A stretch of DNA of 64,000 nt from Candidatus Competibacteraceae bacterium (lineage in GTDB: Bacteria > Pseudomonadota > Gammaproteobacteria > Competibacterales > Competibacteraceae): assembly GCA_016713505.1 (NCBI GenBank), contig JADJPA010000001.1, positions 1,037,105-1,101,104 on the forward strand. The letters are read 5' to 3'. The notes below the pieces were generated by a model, which saw nothing but the letters and a program-made list of their open reading frames with translations, did not search any database and was not told the DNA's origin. The position numbers and the translations under genes were made by a program. Shown piece by piece: positions 39,911 through 55,944 of this stretch. The stretch's first letter is position 1, and every line of letters starts with the position of its first letter.

Positions 39911-42544
39911 CTATTCCGCCGCCGCGCCCGGCGTATCCAGATAAAAAAATACGTTCTGTTTCATTGTATTGGCATTGAAGCGCAACATCGCCCGATACTG
40001 ATCGCTCGGCAGGTCGATCACCCGCACGCACTCGGCCCATGGCGCGGCGTTCGGCAACAACTCCGCCAGCCGGTTGGCTTGCTGGTCGAAAAACGCCCTG
40101 TTGATTCGGTTATCCTGCCGCTGCGGGAACACCGCCAGATACAGGATGTCGGTTTCGACCAGATCGCTGAAGAAATGGGTGCCTAGCGACACATCCGGCA
40201 CCAAGCCCTCGTGCATCGCCACCAGCTCGCACAGCACCGCCGCGTTGTTGATTTCCGCGAAGCGCACCGGCACGCCCAGCTCGGGCGAGGCCGTACCCCA
40301 GCGGCCCGGACCGATCAACAGCAGCGACTTAGCCGCATCTGGCCCGCGCAAGCGGGTGATCTGGCCGATTACGCGGGCGATCTGGTGACGTTCGTTCAAC
40401 GGCAATTGGCTGTAAACCGCCGGGACCACATAAACCAAACGGTCGATGGTGCCGATCCGGCTGTGACCGATCACCGCACCGTGCGCCTCCAGCACCAGCC
40501 GCTCCGGCGCGATGCGCTCCGGCGGGTTCGCAATGGTGCCCGCCTCCTTCACCTGAAACGGCCGACATTGCACCAAATCGATCTTGTAACGCCCGCCGTC
40601 GATGAAATTGGCCGTGAACTCGACATCCACCGGATAATCGTACGCCTGCTGCAAGATGCGCAACATCTCGCGCATGTCATTCACGAACGGCGTGTTTCGC
40701 AGCAAGTGCTCGAAGGTCAACACCCACGGAAACACCTCCTGCATCCCTCGCTCGCGCGCCCGCTGTTCCAACTCGTCGTCCACCGTCGCCACCATTTGCA
40801 ACGGCAAATCCGGGCTCTGTTGCGCCACGTCGGCGAACTGGCGGGTGGAAAGTTGGTTCGCTTCCAGATCCAGCACGTCGATCCGCTTCTGGGCGTACTG
40901 GCGCACGCTGTCGAAATGGCTTTCCGGCCGGCGTTCGGGATCGCTCAGCGACACCACCCGCGTATAGTCATCGTCCGACCGATCCACCGCCCGCGTCCCC
41001 AAACCCATGACGAGTCGCACCATCCCCGCCGCCGGGTCGATATGCTCGCTCCATACATAAGGATTGAACGACAGTCCGACTCCGGCCATGTGCGGATAAA
41101 ACAAATTGCCGTGCTGCGCGCCGGACACCCGCTGCACCAGCAAACCCATTTGTTCGTCGCGGTCTAAAATCCCCCGCCGCACCCGGTACATCAGCGCTCG
41201 CTCGCTCATGGTGCTGGCGTAGATGGTGCGCACCGCCGTCAGCAAGTCGTCCAGCCGCTTCTCGCGCGGCCCCTGATTGACGCAAAACACACTGTCGTAC
41301 TTGCCGGCGAAGGCGTTGCCGAAATTGTCCTCCAGCAAGCTGCTGGAGCGGACGATGATCGGCGATTGACCGAAGTAATCCAGCATATCGGAAAACTGCT
41401 GCATCACGTAATCTGGGAAATCGCCGCGCAAGATGCGCCGCCGCGCCGTTTCCGCCCCATCGAGAAACGTGGCCGGATTTTTCTGCTTGTCTCGCACCCA
41501 CCAGCAGCCGTTGCGCACGAGATAGCTGTAAAACACATCCGAGCCGACAAAAAAAGAATCGTGGATTTCCAGCAGCTCGCGCCAGCGCGGCTCGGTCCGT
41601 TGCAGAATGGCCCGCGCCAGCATCACCCCGACCGCTTTACCGCCGATCAGGCCCGTGCCGATCATCCGTTCCCTGATCGCCAAAATATCGCCCAGAGTCA
41701 GATAGCGCTCCGCCAGTTGCATCACCCGCTCGTCGCGCGACACCGTCATCCGCAACGTCCGCTGCAACAGGTCGCGATCCAAATCCTTCACCGGCACATT
41801 CGCGTGTCCGGCGGCCACCACCTCCTCGACTTCTGAAAACGTGCGATTCCAGATGTCGAGTCGAGGATCGTTCGCCTTCAAGCCCGACCAGGGAAACAGC
41901 GTCAAAATTTGAGAAATGGTCACGCTGTCCGTAACCGGCGCGAACTCCTCGCCGCGCCACACGTGTAACAGGTGCATGGTCGGCGAATAGCGTTGCTGGA
42001 CCTTGAGCGGACGGACGTACAATTCGCCCTGATGCCGGTAAATATCGCTGAACAACTGGGTGGTATCGAGAATCGGCGCGGTGGCGTGAAAGGAATGATG
42101 GCCGCGCATCAGCGCGAAATAGGCGATCGTTTCTAGGTCGTACAGATAAGGGCAGGTCAGCATGAAAAAATTGCCCAGCATCTGATCGCTGTACCAGTCG
42201 GCCACCAGATCGGACAAACAATCGAATACGTAATACGCGCCGCGCCCGGACTGTTCGATGGTGGTGTGGATCGCGCTCAGGAACGGCTCGAAGCCCTCGC
42301 CGGGGTCCAGCACTTGAATGTCCACGCCCGGACCTTCCGCCACCAACGCTGGATGGCGGGCGAAGTGGAAATAGACCAGCTTGCGGCCTCTGTCGCGGGC
42401 GTACTGGCAAAAAGGTTCCACCAGTGGCCGGTAATCGTCGATGCTGTCTGCCTGCCAGACGATATTGTCGCCCGCCATGATACCCCGGAAAACCCGGTCC
42501 AGACCGGCCAGCCCGGTGCTGACTTGTGCGTCAATTGCCGCCAT
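39911..42544 (-). CDS. PEP/pyruvate-binding (PPDK_N-type ATP-grasp) domain protein with a P-loop-less RecA/KaiC-like N-terminal domain
   Basis: Trimmed to ATG 42544 (MAAIDAQVSTGLAGLDRVF...) preceded by AGGGGAGAGGG. The N-terminus is laid out like KaiC/Rad55 (GLAGLD...VYFHF...VFDCLSDL) but lacks a GxxxxGKT loop. The central part carries PPDK_N-like blocks (GTGLIGGKAVGVMLA; IIVRSSSLLEDNFGNAFAGKYDS). Confidence 0.75.
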   Translation of the reverse strand: MAAIDAQVSTGLAGLDRVFRGIMAGDNIVWQADSIDDYRPLVEPFCQYARDRGRKLVYFHFARHPALVAEGPGVDIQVLDPGEGFEPFLSAIHTTIEQSGRGAYYVFDCLSDLVADWYSDQMLGNFFMLTCPYLYDLETIAYFALMRGHHSFHATAPILDTTQLFSDIYRHQGELYVRPLKVQQRYSPTMHLLHVWRGEEFAPVTDSVTISQILTLFPWSGLKANDPRLDIWNRTFSEVEEVVAAGHANVPVKDLDRDLLQRTLRMTVSRDERVMQLAERYLTLGDILAIRERMIGTGLIGGKAVGVMLARAILQRTEPRWRELLEIHDSFFVGSDVFYSYLVRNGCWWVRDKQKNPATFLDGAETARRRILRGDFPDYVMQQFSDMLDYFGQSPIIVRSSSLLEDNFGNAFAGKYDSVFCVNQGPREKRLDDLLTAVRTIYASTMSERALMYRVRRGILDRDEQMGLLVQRVSGAQHGNLFYPHMAGVGLSFNPYVWSEHIDPAAGMVRLVMGLGTRAVDRSDDDYTRVVSLSDPERRPESHFDSVRQYAQKRIDVLDLEANQLSTRQFADVAQQSPDLPLQMVATVDDELEQRARERGMQEVFPWVLTFEHLLRNTPFVNDMREMLRILQQAYDYPVDVEFTANFIDGGRYKIDLVQCRPFQVKEAGTIANPPERIAPERLVLEAHGAVIGHSRIGTIDRLVYVVPAVYSQLPLNERHQIARVIGQITRLRGPDAAKSLLLIGPGRWGTASPELGVPVRFAEINNAAVLCELVAMHEGLVPDVSLGTHFFSDLVETDILYLAVFPQRQDNRINRAFFDQQANRLAELLPNAAPWAECVRVIDLPSDQYRAMLRFNANTMKQNVFFYLDTPGAAAE

Positions 42545-42725
42545 CACCCTCTCCCCTTTACGACCTGAAACCACGCGCCGGACTTGCGTATCGGCCACCG
42601 TGGCGGTGCGTCTTGTAATATTTCAACCGCCGCGGCGCGGCTGGCCCGCGTTTGCGTGGGCGCCATAATAACCTAATACGCTAAACTGCTGCCGTACCCG
42701 CGAACCCATTCGACAAAACCCGCTT

Positions 42726-43892
42726 ATGACGATGATCCCCATTCCCCCCGCAACCCTGGCTTCACCCTTGCCGCTGGAGCGGCTGCGGGTGCCGGAAACG
42801 CTGGACGGCCGCGCCGGCGCCAACCGGGCCGGACCCGATGTGATCTGTCAGCTAGCCGCCAGTAACGATCTGGAAGCCGTGCGCGCCTGGCTCGCCGAAT
42901 TCCACGACTCACCGCAAACCCTGCGCAACTACCGCAAGGAAGCCGAGCGCCTGCTGCTCTGGGCGTTACTGGAGCGCGACAAAGCCCTCTCCAGCCTCAC
43001 CCGCGAGGATTGCCTGCTCTACGAAGCTTTTCTTGCCGACCCACAACCTCGCGAACGCTGGTGCGGGCAAAAAGCACCCCGCTTCAGCCCGCGCTGGCGA
43101 CCGTTTCTCGGCGCGCTCAATCCCGCCAGCCGCAAGGTCGCCATGCTGATCATCAACTCGTTGTTCAGCTATCTGGTCAAGGCCGGTTATCTGGCGGGCA
43201 ATCCGTTGGCGCTCGCGCGCCGCCGCGCGCGCGGCCAACAGTCCGCGCGACAGGTGGAGCGCTTTCTCGAACACGATCAATGGCAAGTCTTGCTGGCCAC
43301 GGTGGACGAACTGCCTCGCGATGAGGAACGCGACCGCCAGCACCACGCCCGCGCCAAATATCTGCTCGCCTTGCTCTACCTGCTCGGTCCCCGGGTCAGC
43401 GAAGTCGCCAATCATGCCATGAGCAGCTTCATGCAGATTCGCGGGCGCTGGTGGTGGCGCGTGATCGGCAAAGGCCGCAAGGAAGCCCAGGTGCCGGTCA
43501 ATCAGGACATGCTGCAAGCGCTGCGCGACTACCGTCGCTTTTACGGTCTCTCCCCCTTGCCCGCCCCGGACGATGCCACCCCGCTGGTGTTGAACCTCAA
43601 GGGCACCGGCGGTATCGGCGACAACATGATTTATCGGATCGTCAAGGAATTAGTGGCCAAGGCGGCGGCGCGACTGGAAGCGGAAGACCCTTATCAGGCT
43701 GAAAAACTGCGCCGCGCTTCCACCCACTGGTTCCGCCACACCAGCATCACCCATCAGGCCGACGCCGGCATCGACATTCAATTTTTGCAGCGCAACGCCC
43801 GCCACGCCCGCATCGATACCACCGGCCTGTACCTGCACGCCGAAGAAAAGGAATGGCACGAAACCATGGAACGCCATCGCCTCAAGGAATAA
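42726..43892 (+). CDS. tyrosine-type site-specific recombinase/integrase
   Basis: 388 aa with an N-terminal SAM-like core-binding domain (TLRNYRKEAERLLLWAL). Catalytic domain has box I GPRVSEV, box II HWFRHT, RHARIDTT and the nucleophile Tyr in TGLYLH. Confidence 0.85.
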   Translation: MTMIPIPPATLASPLPLERLRVPETLDGRAGANRAGPDVICQLAASNDLEAVRAWLAEFHDSPQTLRNYRKEAERLLLWALLERDKALSSLTREDCLLYEAFLADPQPRERWCGQKAPRFSPRWRPFLGALNPASRKVAMLIINSLFSYLVKAGYLAGNPLALARRRARGQQSARQVERFLEHDQWQVLLATVDELPRDEERDRQHHARAKYLLALLYLLGPRVSEVANHAMSSFMQIRGRWWWRVIGKGRKEAQVPVNQDMLQALRDYRRFYGLSPLPAPDDATPLVLNLKGTGGIGDNMIYRIVKELVAKAAARLEAEDPYQAEKLRRASTHWFRHTSITHQADAGIDIQFLQRNARHARIDTTGLYLHAEEKEWHETMERHRLKE

Positions 43893-43962
43893 ACTTCCAC
43901 AGCTTTAGGCTGGAAATGCCGCTCGGCCGAGCCATGATTCGCAGCGCGAAAAATTTAAGTAA

Positions 43963-45342
<1,380 letters not shown>

Positions 45343-45533
45343 CCCTTTAACAACCCTGCCGTCGCCGGTTCTCCACTCGTTCGGGCCGGCGATGGCCTCG
45401 CGCTGTCGCCTCGTCACACCTCCAGCTTGGCTCATTGTCCCGTGGCGGCGGCTTCGTAAACGGCTTTGAAAACCGGCCCGAACTGCTCCAGCGAACGGTA
45501 TCGGCGCGTCCGGCGCGATGGTATCTGGCTCGC

Positions 45534-45970
45534 ATGGCGGCCTTCGCGGCGGTGGCGGAAGCCGCTTCGTTCACGGCGGCGTCCGACGGTCGCGCGAATG
45601 GCTGGCCCTCAGCGTCCTGCCGAGGCCGTGGACCTTGCCGCTACTGCGAAACGGCAAAACGCTGAATATCCGGATGCAAGGCGCGATCAGCGTTTCCGCC
45701 ACCGTCGCGCTCAAGGAACTCGCGCTGGCCGATGCTGGAATCGCGGCGCTGCCCGAACCGCTGGCGCGGGCCGAATTGGACCTGGGCCGGCTCATCCGGC
45801 TGCTGCCCGCCTACCGGCTGCCCCTGCTGCATTTCCATGCGGTCTATGCCGGCAATTTGGCTCCGCCCGCCAAGACGCGCGCGTTTATCGATTTGGCCAA
45901 GGAACAGATTCGGGATCGGCCTTGGCGGCCGAACTCGCCGCCACGCGGGCGCTCGAATCCTAACGCTTGA
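45534..45970 (+). pseudogene. decayed LysR-family regulator (HTH stub joined out of frame to the C-terminal effector subdomain)
   Basis: Frame 0 reads ..MAAFAAVAEAASFTAAS, the start of a LysR HTH, then degenerates. From about 45590 frame 2 reads WTLPLLRNGKTLNIRMQGAISVSATVALKELALADAGIAALPEPLARAELDLGRLIRLLPAYRLPLLHFHAVYAGNLAPPAKTRAFIDLAKEQI, a typical LysR C-terminus. About 150 codons are missing in between. Confidence 0.55.
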
Positions 45971-46121
45971 GCCGTACGGAAATACGGCCCAACGGTTGCG
46001 CGAACTGTCATGGGATCAGTACTATGTCAAGTTGCAGTTTCGTAAAATTTAATACGGACCTTTTCATCAGGTTCCGTCCGGGAAAGGATGCCGCGTCAGC
46101 CGCTGTTATCGAGGAATTGCC

Positions 46122-50774
<4,653 letters not shown>

Positions 50775-50779
50775 ACGTT

Positions 50780-52216
50780 ATGGGCAAACCGACGGGTTTT
50801 CTGGAAATCGTCCGCCGCGAGCACGGTTATGCGCCGGTCGCCGAGCGGGTCACCCACTTTCGCGACTTCATCGCGCCCTTGCCGGAATCGGGTGTTAGCG
50901 AACAGGCCGCGCGCTGCATGGATTGTGGCATCCCCTACTGCCATCGCGGCTGTCCGGTCCACAACATCATCCCCGACTGGAACGATCTGGTGTATCGCGG
51001 CAACTGGCGGCAGGCGTTGGACGTTTTGCACTCCACCAACAATTTCCCCGAATTTACCGGCCGGATTTGTCCGGCGCCGTGCGAAGCCTCCTGCACCCTC
51101 AACTTCAACGATCATCCGGTGACCATCAAGGACATCGAATGCGCCATCATCGACAAGGGCTGGGCGGAAGGCTGGGTCCAGCCCCAGATCGCCTCGCACA
51201 GGAGCGGCAAGCGGGTCGCGGTGATCGGCTCCGGTCCCGCCGGCTTGGCCTGCGCCCAGCAACTGGCGCGAGCCGGACACGCCGTGGTGGTCTTCGAAAA
51301 GAACGACCGCATCGGCGGCCTGCTCCGTTACGGCATTCCCGACTTCAAGCTGGAAACGTGGTTGATCGACCGCCGGCTGGCGCAACTGCGGGCCGAAGGC
51401 GTGGAATTTCGTCCCAACAGTCACGTCGGCGCTGAGATTCCAGCCCGCGCCCTGCTGGCTGAATTTGACGCCCTGGTGCTTTCCGGCGGCGCGGAGCACC
51501 CGCGCGATCTGAGCGGGCCGGGGCGCGAACTGCGCGGCATCCATTTCGCCATGGATTTTCTGAGCCAGCAGAACCGCCGGGTGGCGGGCGCAAAAATAGC
51601 CGGCGAGGATATTTTGGCGACCGACAAGGCGGTGGTGGTCATCGGTGGCGGCGACACCGGCTCCGACTGCGTCGGCACCTCGATCCGTCAGGGCGCGGGT
51701 TCGGTGACCCAGTTAGAGATCATGCCCAAGCCGCCGCTGCACGAAAACAAGCTGCTGACCTGGCCGGATTGGCCGTTGAAACTGCGGACCTCCTCATCCC
51801 ACGAGGAAGGCTGCGAGCGCGACTGGGCAGTTGCCACCAAACAGTTTCTCGGCCAGGACGGCCAAGTGACAGCGATCCAAATCGTGCGGCTGGAATGGAA
51901 GGAGCAAAATGGCCGGCAGGTCATGGTCGAGGTGCCAGACAGCGCATTTGAGCTCAAGGCCGATCTGGTGTTGCTGGCGATGGGCTTCATCCATCCGATC
52001 CAGGAAGGGATGCTGAAGGAGCTGGGCGTAGCTCTGGACGACCGAGGCAACGTCGCCGCCGGCACCGACGAATATCAGACCTCGGTCAACAAAATCTTTG
52101 CCGCCGGCGACATGCGCCGAGGCCAATCGCTGGTGGTCTGGGCCATTCGCGAGGGCCGGCAATGCGCCCGCGCCGTGGATGAATACCTGATGGGAAGTTC
52201 CGAGCTGCCGCTTTGA
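50780..52216 (+). CDS. gltD: glutamate synthase (NADPH) small subunit
   Basis: 478 aa with Fe-S Cys clusters ([10 protein letters not shown]; CPAPCEASC) and FAD/NADPH folds ([12 protein letters not shown]; [13 protein letters not shown]). Starts 5 nt after the gltB stop. Confidence 0.95.
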   Translation: MGKPTGFLEIVRREHGYAPVAERVTHFRDFIAPLPESGVSEQAARCMDCGIPYCHRGCPVHNIIPDWNDLVYRGNWRQALDVLHSTNNFPEFTGRICPAPCEASCTLNFNDHPVTIKDIECAIIDKGWAEGWVQPQIASHRSGKRVAVIGSGPAGLACAQQLARAGHAVVVFEKNDRIGGLLRYGIPDFKLETWLIDRRLAQLRAEGVEFRPNSHVGAEIPARALLAEFDALVLSGGAEHPRDLSGPGRELRGIHFAMDFLSQQNRRVAGAKIAGEDILATDKAVVVIGGGDTGSDCVGTSIRQGAGSVTQLEIMPKPPLHENKLLTWPDWPLKLRTSSSHEEGCERDWAVATKQFLGQDGQVTAIQIVRLEWKEQNGRQVMVEVPDSAFELKADLVLLAMGFIHPIQEGMLKELGVALDDRGNVAAGTDEYQTSVNKIFAAGDMRRGQSLVVWAIREGRQCARAVDEYLMGSSELPL

Positions 52217-52556
52217 GCGCGCGCAGCGCAAGGGTTCATCGCCCGAGCGCCGTCCTGAAGCGGTGACGGTGAGAGTGTCGACGCCCAGGGCCGCATCCGG
52301 TGCGGTACTGGGCGCGCTTCGATTCTCAGGCCCCCACTCGCTCATTGAAATCCCAGAACGGGTCGGCGTCAGCCGCGTCCGTCGGGAACCTCGACCTCAA
52401 TGGCGTGTTCCTGGTGATCGTCGACCAATGAAATAGCCGGTTCAAGCTGCTCCACCCCGTCTACCCCCCGCCGGCGCGACGCGCTGGCCGGCGGTCATTG
52501 CTGAAACCGGGTTGACGGTTGGCTGGAGGGTTGGGCTTACGGGATCGGGGGGAAAT

Positions 52557-53369
52557 TCAGGGGGTGATTTCCCGACAGCGGCATTGTCTGATGAAGCGAG
52601 TCTCATCCAATCCATACAGCGCATCCAGCAGCGCGACTTGTAAGCTTCCCGGTCCCGGCGATCGTTCCGCCGCGACTTCTCCGGCGACGCCAAAGACCGC
52701 CAGACCCGCCGCCGCCGCTGTGAAAGCGTCCCGTTCCACAGCCAGAAACGCCCCGATGACCGCCGTCGCCGAGCACCCCAAACCGGTCACCCGCGCCATC
52801 AGGGGATGGCCGTTCTCGATGGTCGTGACGCGTTGGCCGTCGGTCACATAGTCCACCGCGCCCGTGATCGCGACCGCCGCTCCAGCGCCAGCGGCCACTT
52901 GCCGCGCCCCGTCCAGCGCCGCCGCCGCGCTATCTAGGCTGTCCACACCTTTGCCGCGTCCGGCCTGTCCCGCCGCCAGGGCCAGGATTTCCGAACCGTT
53001 GCCCCGGATCACGGTCGGCCCCAATCGCGCCAAAGCCTCGGCCGCCGCTCGCCGGTACGGCGTCGCGCCCGCGCCGACCGGATCGAGAATCCAGGGGATG
53101 CCCTGGGCCCGAGCCGTGATGGCCGCCAGTTTAGCCGCCGCGATCTGCTCCGAATACAGCGTGCCGATATTGACGACCAGCGCTTGACTGATGGCGACGA
53201 AATCCTCTACCTCGTCGCTGGAATGCACCATCGCCGGCGACGCGCCCAGCGCCAGTAAAGCGTTCGCGGTATTGTTCATCACCACGAAATTGGTGATGTT
53301 GTGCACCAGCGGCCGTCGTTCTCGTACGGCGGTCAGCAGCTTCCAAATGGTCTCGGCGGTCAGGCTCAT
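52557..53369 (-). CDS. thiM: hydroxyethylthiazole kinase
   Basis: 270 aa with a ThiM-type N-terminal block (PLVHNITNFVVMNNTANALLALGASPAMV) and a later GCSATAVIGAF block. Confidence 0.85.
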   Translation of the reverse strand: MSLTAETIWKLLTAVRERRPLVHNITNFVVMNNTANALLALGASPAMVHSSDEVEDFVAISQALVVNIGTLYSEQIAAAKLAAITARAQGIPWILDPVGAGATPYRRAAAEALARLGPTVIRGNGSEILALAAGQAGRGKGVDSLDSAAAALDGARQVAAGAGAAVAITGAVDYVTDGQRVTTIENGHPLMARVTGLGCSATAVIGAFLAVERDAFTAAAAGLAVFGVAGEVAAERSPGPGSLQVALLDALYGLDETRFIRQCRCREITP

Positions 53370-53376
53370 GGCCGGC

Positions 53377-54420
53377 TCAGGCGTCGAAGATCGGATTGTG
53401 TTGTTCGGCCACCCGCACGAAGGTGGTGCGCTTGGTCAGTTCCTTCAGCTGGCCCGCTCCCACATACGTGCAGGCCGAGCGCAGTCCGCCCAGGATGTCC
53501 TTGATCGTTTCCGCGACCGGCCCACGATAGGGAACGGTCACGGTTTTCCCTTCCGAGGCGCGGTATTCCGCCACGCCGCCGCTGTACTTTTCCATCGCCG
53601 TGCGGGAGCTCATGCCGTAAAATTCCACGAACCGCTGACCATCGCGCTCCAGCAGTTCGCCGCCGCCCTCGTCGTGGCCCGCCAGCATCCCGCCCAACAT
53701 CACGAAATCCGCCCCGGCCCCAAACGCCTTGGCTACATCGCCGGCACAGGTGCAACCGCCGTCTGAAATGATCTGCCCGGACAAACCGTGAGCCGCGTCG
53801 GCGCATTCGATGATCGCCGACAGCTGCGGGTAACCGACCCCGGTTTTCACGCGGGTCGTACACACCGAACCCGGCCCGATCCCGACCTTGACGACATCGG
53901 CGCCCGACAGCAGCAACTGCTCGACCATCTCGCCGGTGACCACGTTGCCGGCCATGATGATCTTATCGGGATGGCGTTGCCGCACCTTGGTGATCTGTTC
54001 GACGAAATATTCGGAATAACCGTTCGCCACGTCCATGCAAATGAACGACAGCTCCGGCCGACGCGCCAGGATCCGCTCCAGCTTGGCCAGATCGCTGTCG
54101 AGGATGCCGGTGCTGACCGCCACATGCATCAGCTGACCCTGCTCCGGCAGCGCGGCGCTGAAGGCTTCCCATTCCTCTGGTGAATAATGCTTGCGCACCG
54201 CCGTGAACAATCCTTGTCGGGCCAGCGCCATGGCCATGGCGAAGGTGCCGACGCTGTCCATGTTGGCCGCCATGATCGGGATACCGGTCCAGGTCCGGCC
54301 GCTGTGGCGGAACTTGAAGGTCCGCTCCAGGCTCACTTGCGAGCGGCTGCCGAGCGTCGAGCGCTTGGGCCGGATCAATACATCCCTGAAGCCCAGTTTC
54401 AGATCGGCTTCAATGCGCAT
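53377..54420 (-). CDS. guaC: GMP reductase
   Basis: 347 aa with a GuaC-type N-terminus ([31 protein letters not shown]), active-site region [14 protein letters not shown] and [13 protein letters not shown]. Confidence 0.9.
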   Translation of the reverse strand: MRIEADLKLGFRDVLIRPKRSTLGSRSQVSLERTFKFRHSGRTWTGIPIMAANMDSVGTFAMAMALARQGLFTAVRKHYSPEEWEAFSAALPEQGQLMHVAVSTGILDSDLAKLERILARRPELSFICMDVANGYSEYFVEQITKVRQRHPDKIIMAGNVVTGEMVEQLLLSGADVVKVGIGPGSVCTTRVKTGVGYPQLSAIIECADAAHGLSGQIISDGGCTCAGDVAKAFGAGADFVMLGGMLAGHDEGGGELLERDGQRFVEFYGMSSRTAMEKYSGGVAEYRASEGKTVTVPYRGPVAETIKDILGGLRSACTYVGAGQLKELTKRTTFVRVAEQHNPIFDA

Positions 54421-55893
54421 TCAAATCCGACCGTACAGCGTCAGTAGATGCCGGTAATGACCCGCCAGCCGCGGTTCGACCTGATCCCAGCGGAACCGCC
54501 AGCGCCAGTTCCCCTCGGCCACGCCCGGCTGGTTCATGCGGTCCGCGCCGCCGAGCGCCAGCACGTCCTGCATCGGCACCACCGCCAGCCGCGCCACTGA
54601 AGCCAATGCCGTTCGGACCAGCCGTTCAGGCATTTGTGCCGGACCGCCGCCCAGATAATCGAACATATGATTGCGGGTCGGCTCGTCTAACTCCTCCAGC
54701 CAACCCAGCGTGGTGTTGTTGTCGTGGGTGCCGGTATAGACCACCGAATTACTGACGTGATGGTGCGGCAGGTACGGATTTTCCGCGTCGCCCCCGAAGG
54801 CGAAATGCAGTACTTTCATGCCCGGCAGGCCGTGTTTGTCGCGCAGCGCCTCGACCGCCGGCGTGATGATGCCAAGGTCTTCCGCCACCAGCGGCAAGCG
54901 GCCGAACTCCGCGCGCAGCGCTTGGAACAACTCATCGCCTGGTGCTTCCCGCCACTGTCCCGCCACGGCGGTTTCGGCGTCGGCCGGGATTTCCCAGTAC
55001 GACTCCAAACCCCGGAAATGATCGATCCTCAATAGATCGAACTGCGTCAATTGCGTGCGAATGCGTTCCTTCCACCACTGAAAGCCGTCGGCGCGCATCG
55101 CCGCCCACGCATAATGCGGGTTGCCCCACAATTGGCCGGTGGCCGAAAAATAATCCGGTGGCACGCCGGCCACCACCTCCGGCCGTCCCTCCGCATCCAG
55201 TAAAAAGCAATCGCGCCGCGCCCAAACGTCGGCGCTGTCGTAGCCGACGAACAAAGGAATATCGCCGAAAATCAGAATACCGCGCTCGTTGGCGTACTGC
55301 TTGAGCGCCGCCCACTGCCGGTAAAACAGAAATTGCTCGAACTGGCATTGCGCCACGGTCTCGGCAAACTGCCGCCGCATCGCCGCCAGCGCATCCTGGT
55401 GTCGGTCGCGCAGTTCGCGCGGCCAGTCGAACCAAGCGGCCTGACCGTGGGCCGCGCGGATCGCCTGATACAGCGCGTAATCCTCCAGCCAATCCCGCCG
55501 CTCCCGCACGAATGCTTCATACTCGCCTCGCGCCCGATCCGCTTGTTGGAAGCCTTGACGGGCCTCGCTCAAGCGTCGTTGCCGGTAGGTCCAGCCGTCC
55601 TCGCCCTCGCTAGGACCGCCGTCCGGCTGAAGCCAGCCCGCCTCGACCAACGGCTCCAGAGCGATCAGCCGCGGGTTGCCGGCATGGACCGATTGCGCCG
55701 AATAGGGCGATAGATCAGCGTGCGGCGGCGCGAGAGGCAACGTCTGCCAGACCGTAAAACCGCAGGCGGCCATGAATTCCACGAAGCGGTAAGCTTCCGG
55801 TCCCAAATCGCCGTTGTCGTAACCGCCGGGAAGCGAGGTCGGGTGCAGCAGCAAACCCGCGCGCCGCCTTTCTGCTGGCGAGCCTTGGCTCAT
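54421..55893 (-). CDS. malQ: 4-alpha-glucanotransferase (amylomaltase)
   Basis: 490 aa with GH77 blocks (RAGLLLHPTSLPG; LLRIDHFRGL; VVYTGTHDNNTTLGW). Its stop directly abuts the guaC start. Confidence 0.9.
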   Translation of the reverse strand: MSQGSPAERRRAGLLLHPTSLPGGYDNGDLGPEAYRFVEFMAACGFTVWQTLPLAPPHADLSPYSAQSVHAGNPRLIALEPLVEAGWLQPDGGPSEGEDGWTYRQRRLSEARQGFQQADRARGEYEAFVRERRDWLEDYALYQAIRAAHGQAAWFDWPRELRDRHQDALAAMRRQFAETVAQCQFEQFLFYRQWAALKQYANERGILIFGDIPLFVGYDSADVWARRDCFLLDAEGRPEVVAGVPPDYFSATGQLWGNPHYAWAAMRADGFQWWKERIRTQLTQFDLLRIDHFRGLESYWEIPADAETAVAGQWREAPGDELFQALRAEFGRLPLVAEDLGIITPAVEALRDKHGLPGMKVLHFAFGGDAENPYLPHHHVSNSVVYTGTHDNNTTLGWLEELDEPTRNHMFDYLGGGPAQMPERLVRTALASVARLAVVPMQDVLALGGADRMNQPGVAEGNWRWRFRWDQVEPRLAGHYRHLLTLYGRI

Positions 55894-55944
55894 GCGTGAT
55901 AACTCCTCAAAAGTGGCTGTTATTTTAGATGTCTGAAGCCGACG

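Noticed and set aside
39677-40186. 169-aa ORF extending from the DUF4143 fragment into the 3' end of the PEP-binding gene.
   Set aside because: Homology to DUF4143 proteins ends near ...ALPWGWML (about 39877). The remainder is antisense read-through. Only the fragment 39488-39877 is reported, as a pseudogene.
45435-45500. Possible minus-strand C-terminal peptide YRSLEQFGPVFKAVYEAAATGQ* just downstream of gdhA.
   Set aside because: Extending the frame upstream gives only Arg-rich nonsense with no start or motif. It is probably chance, or part of the same decayed region as the LysR fragment.
53370-53376. Expected TPP riboswitch upstream of thiM, and B12 riboswitch upstream of cobU (1-42).
   Set aside because: Only 7 nt separate guaC and thiM, and only 42 nt of sequence precede cobU in the window. 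Neither element can be present or assessed here.
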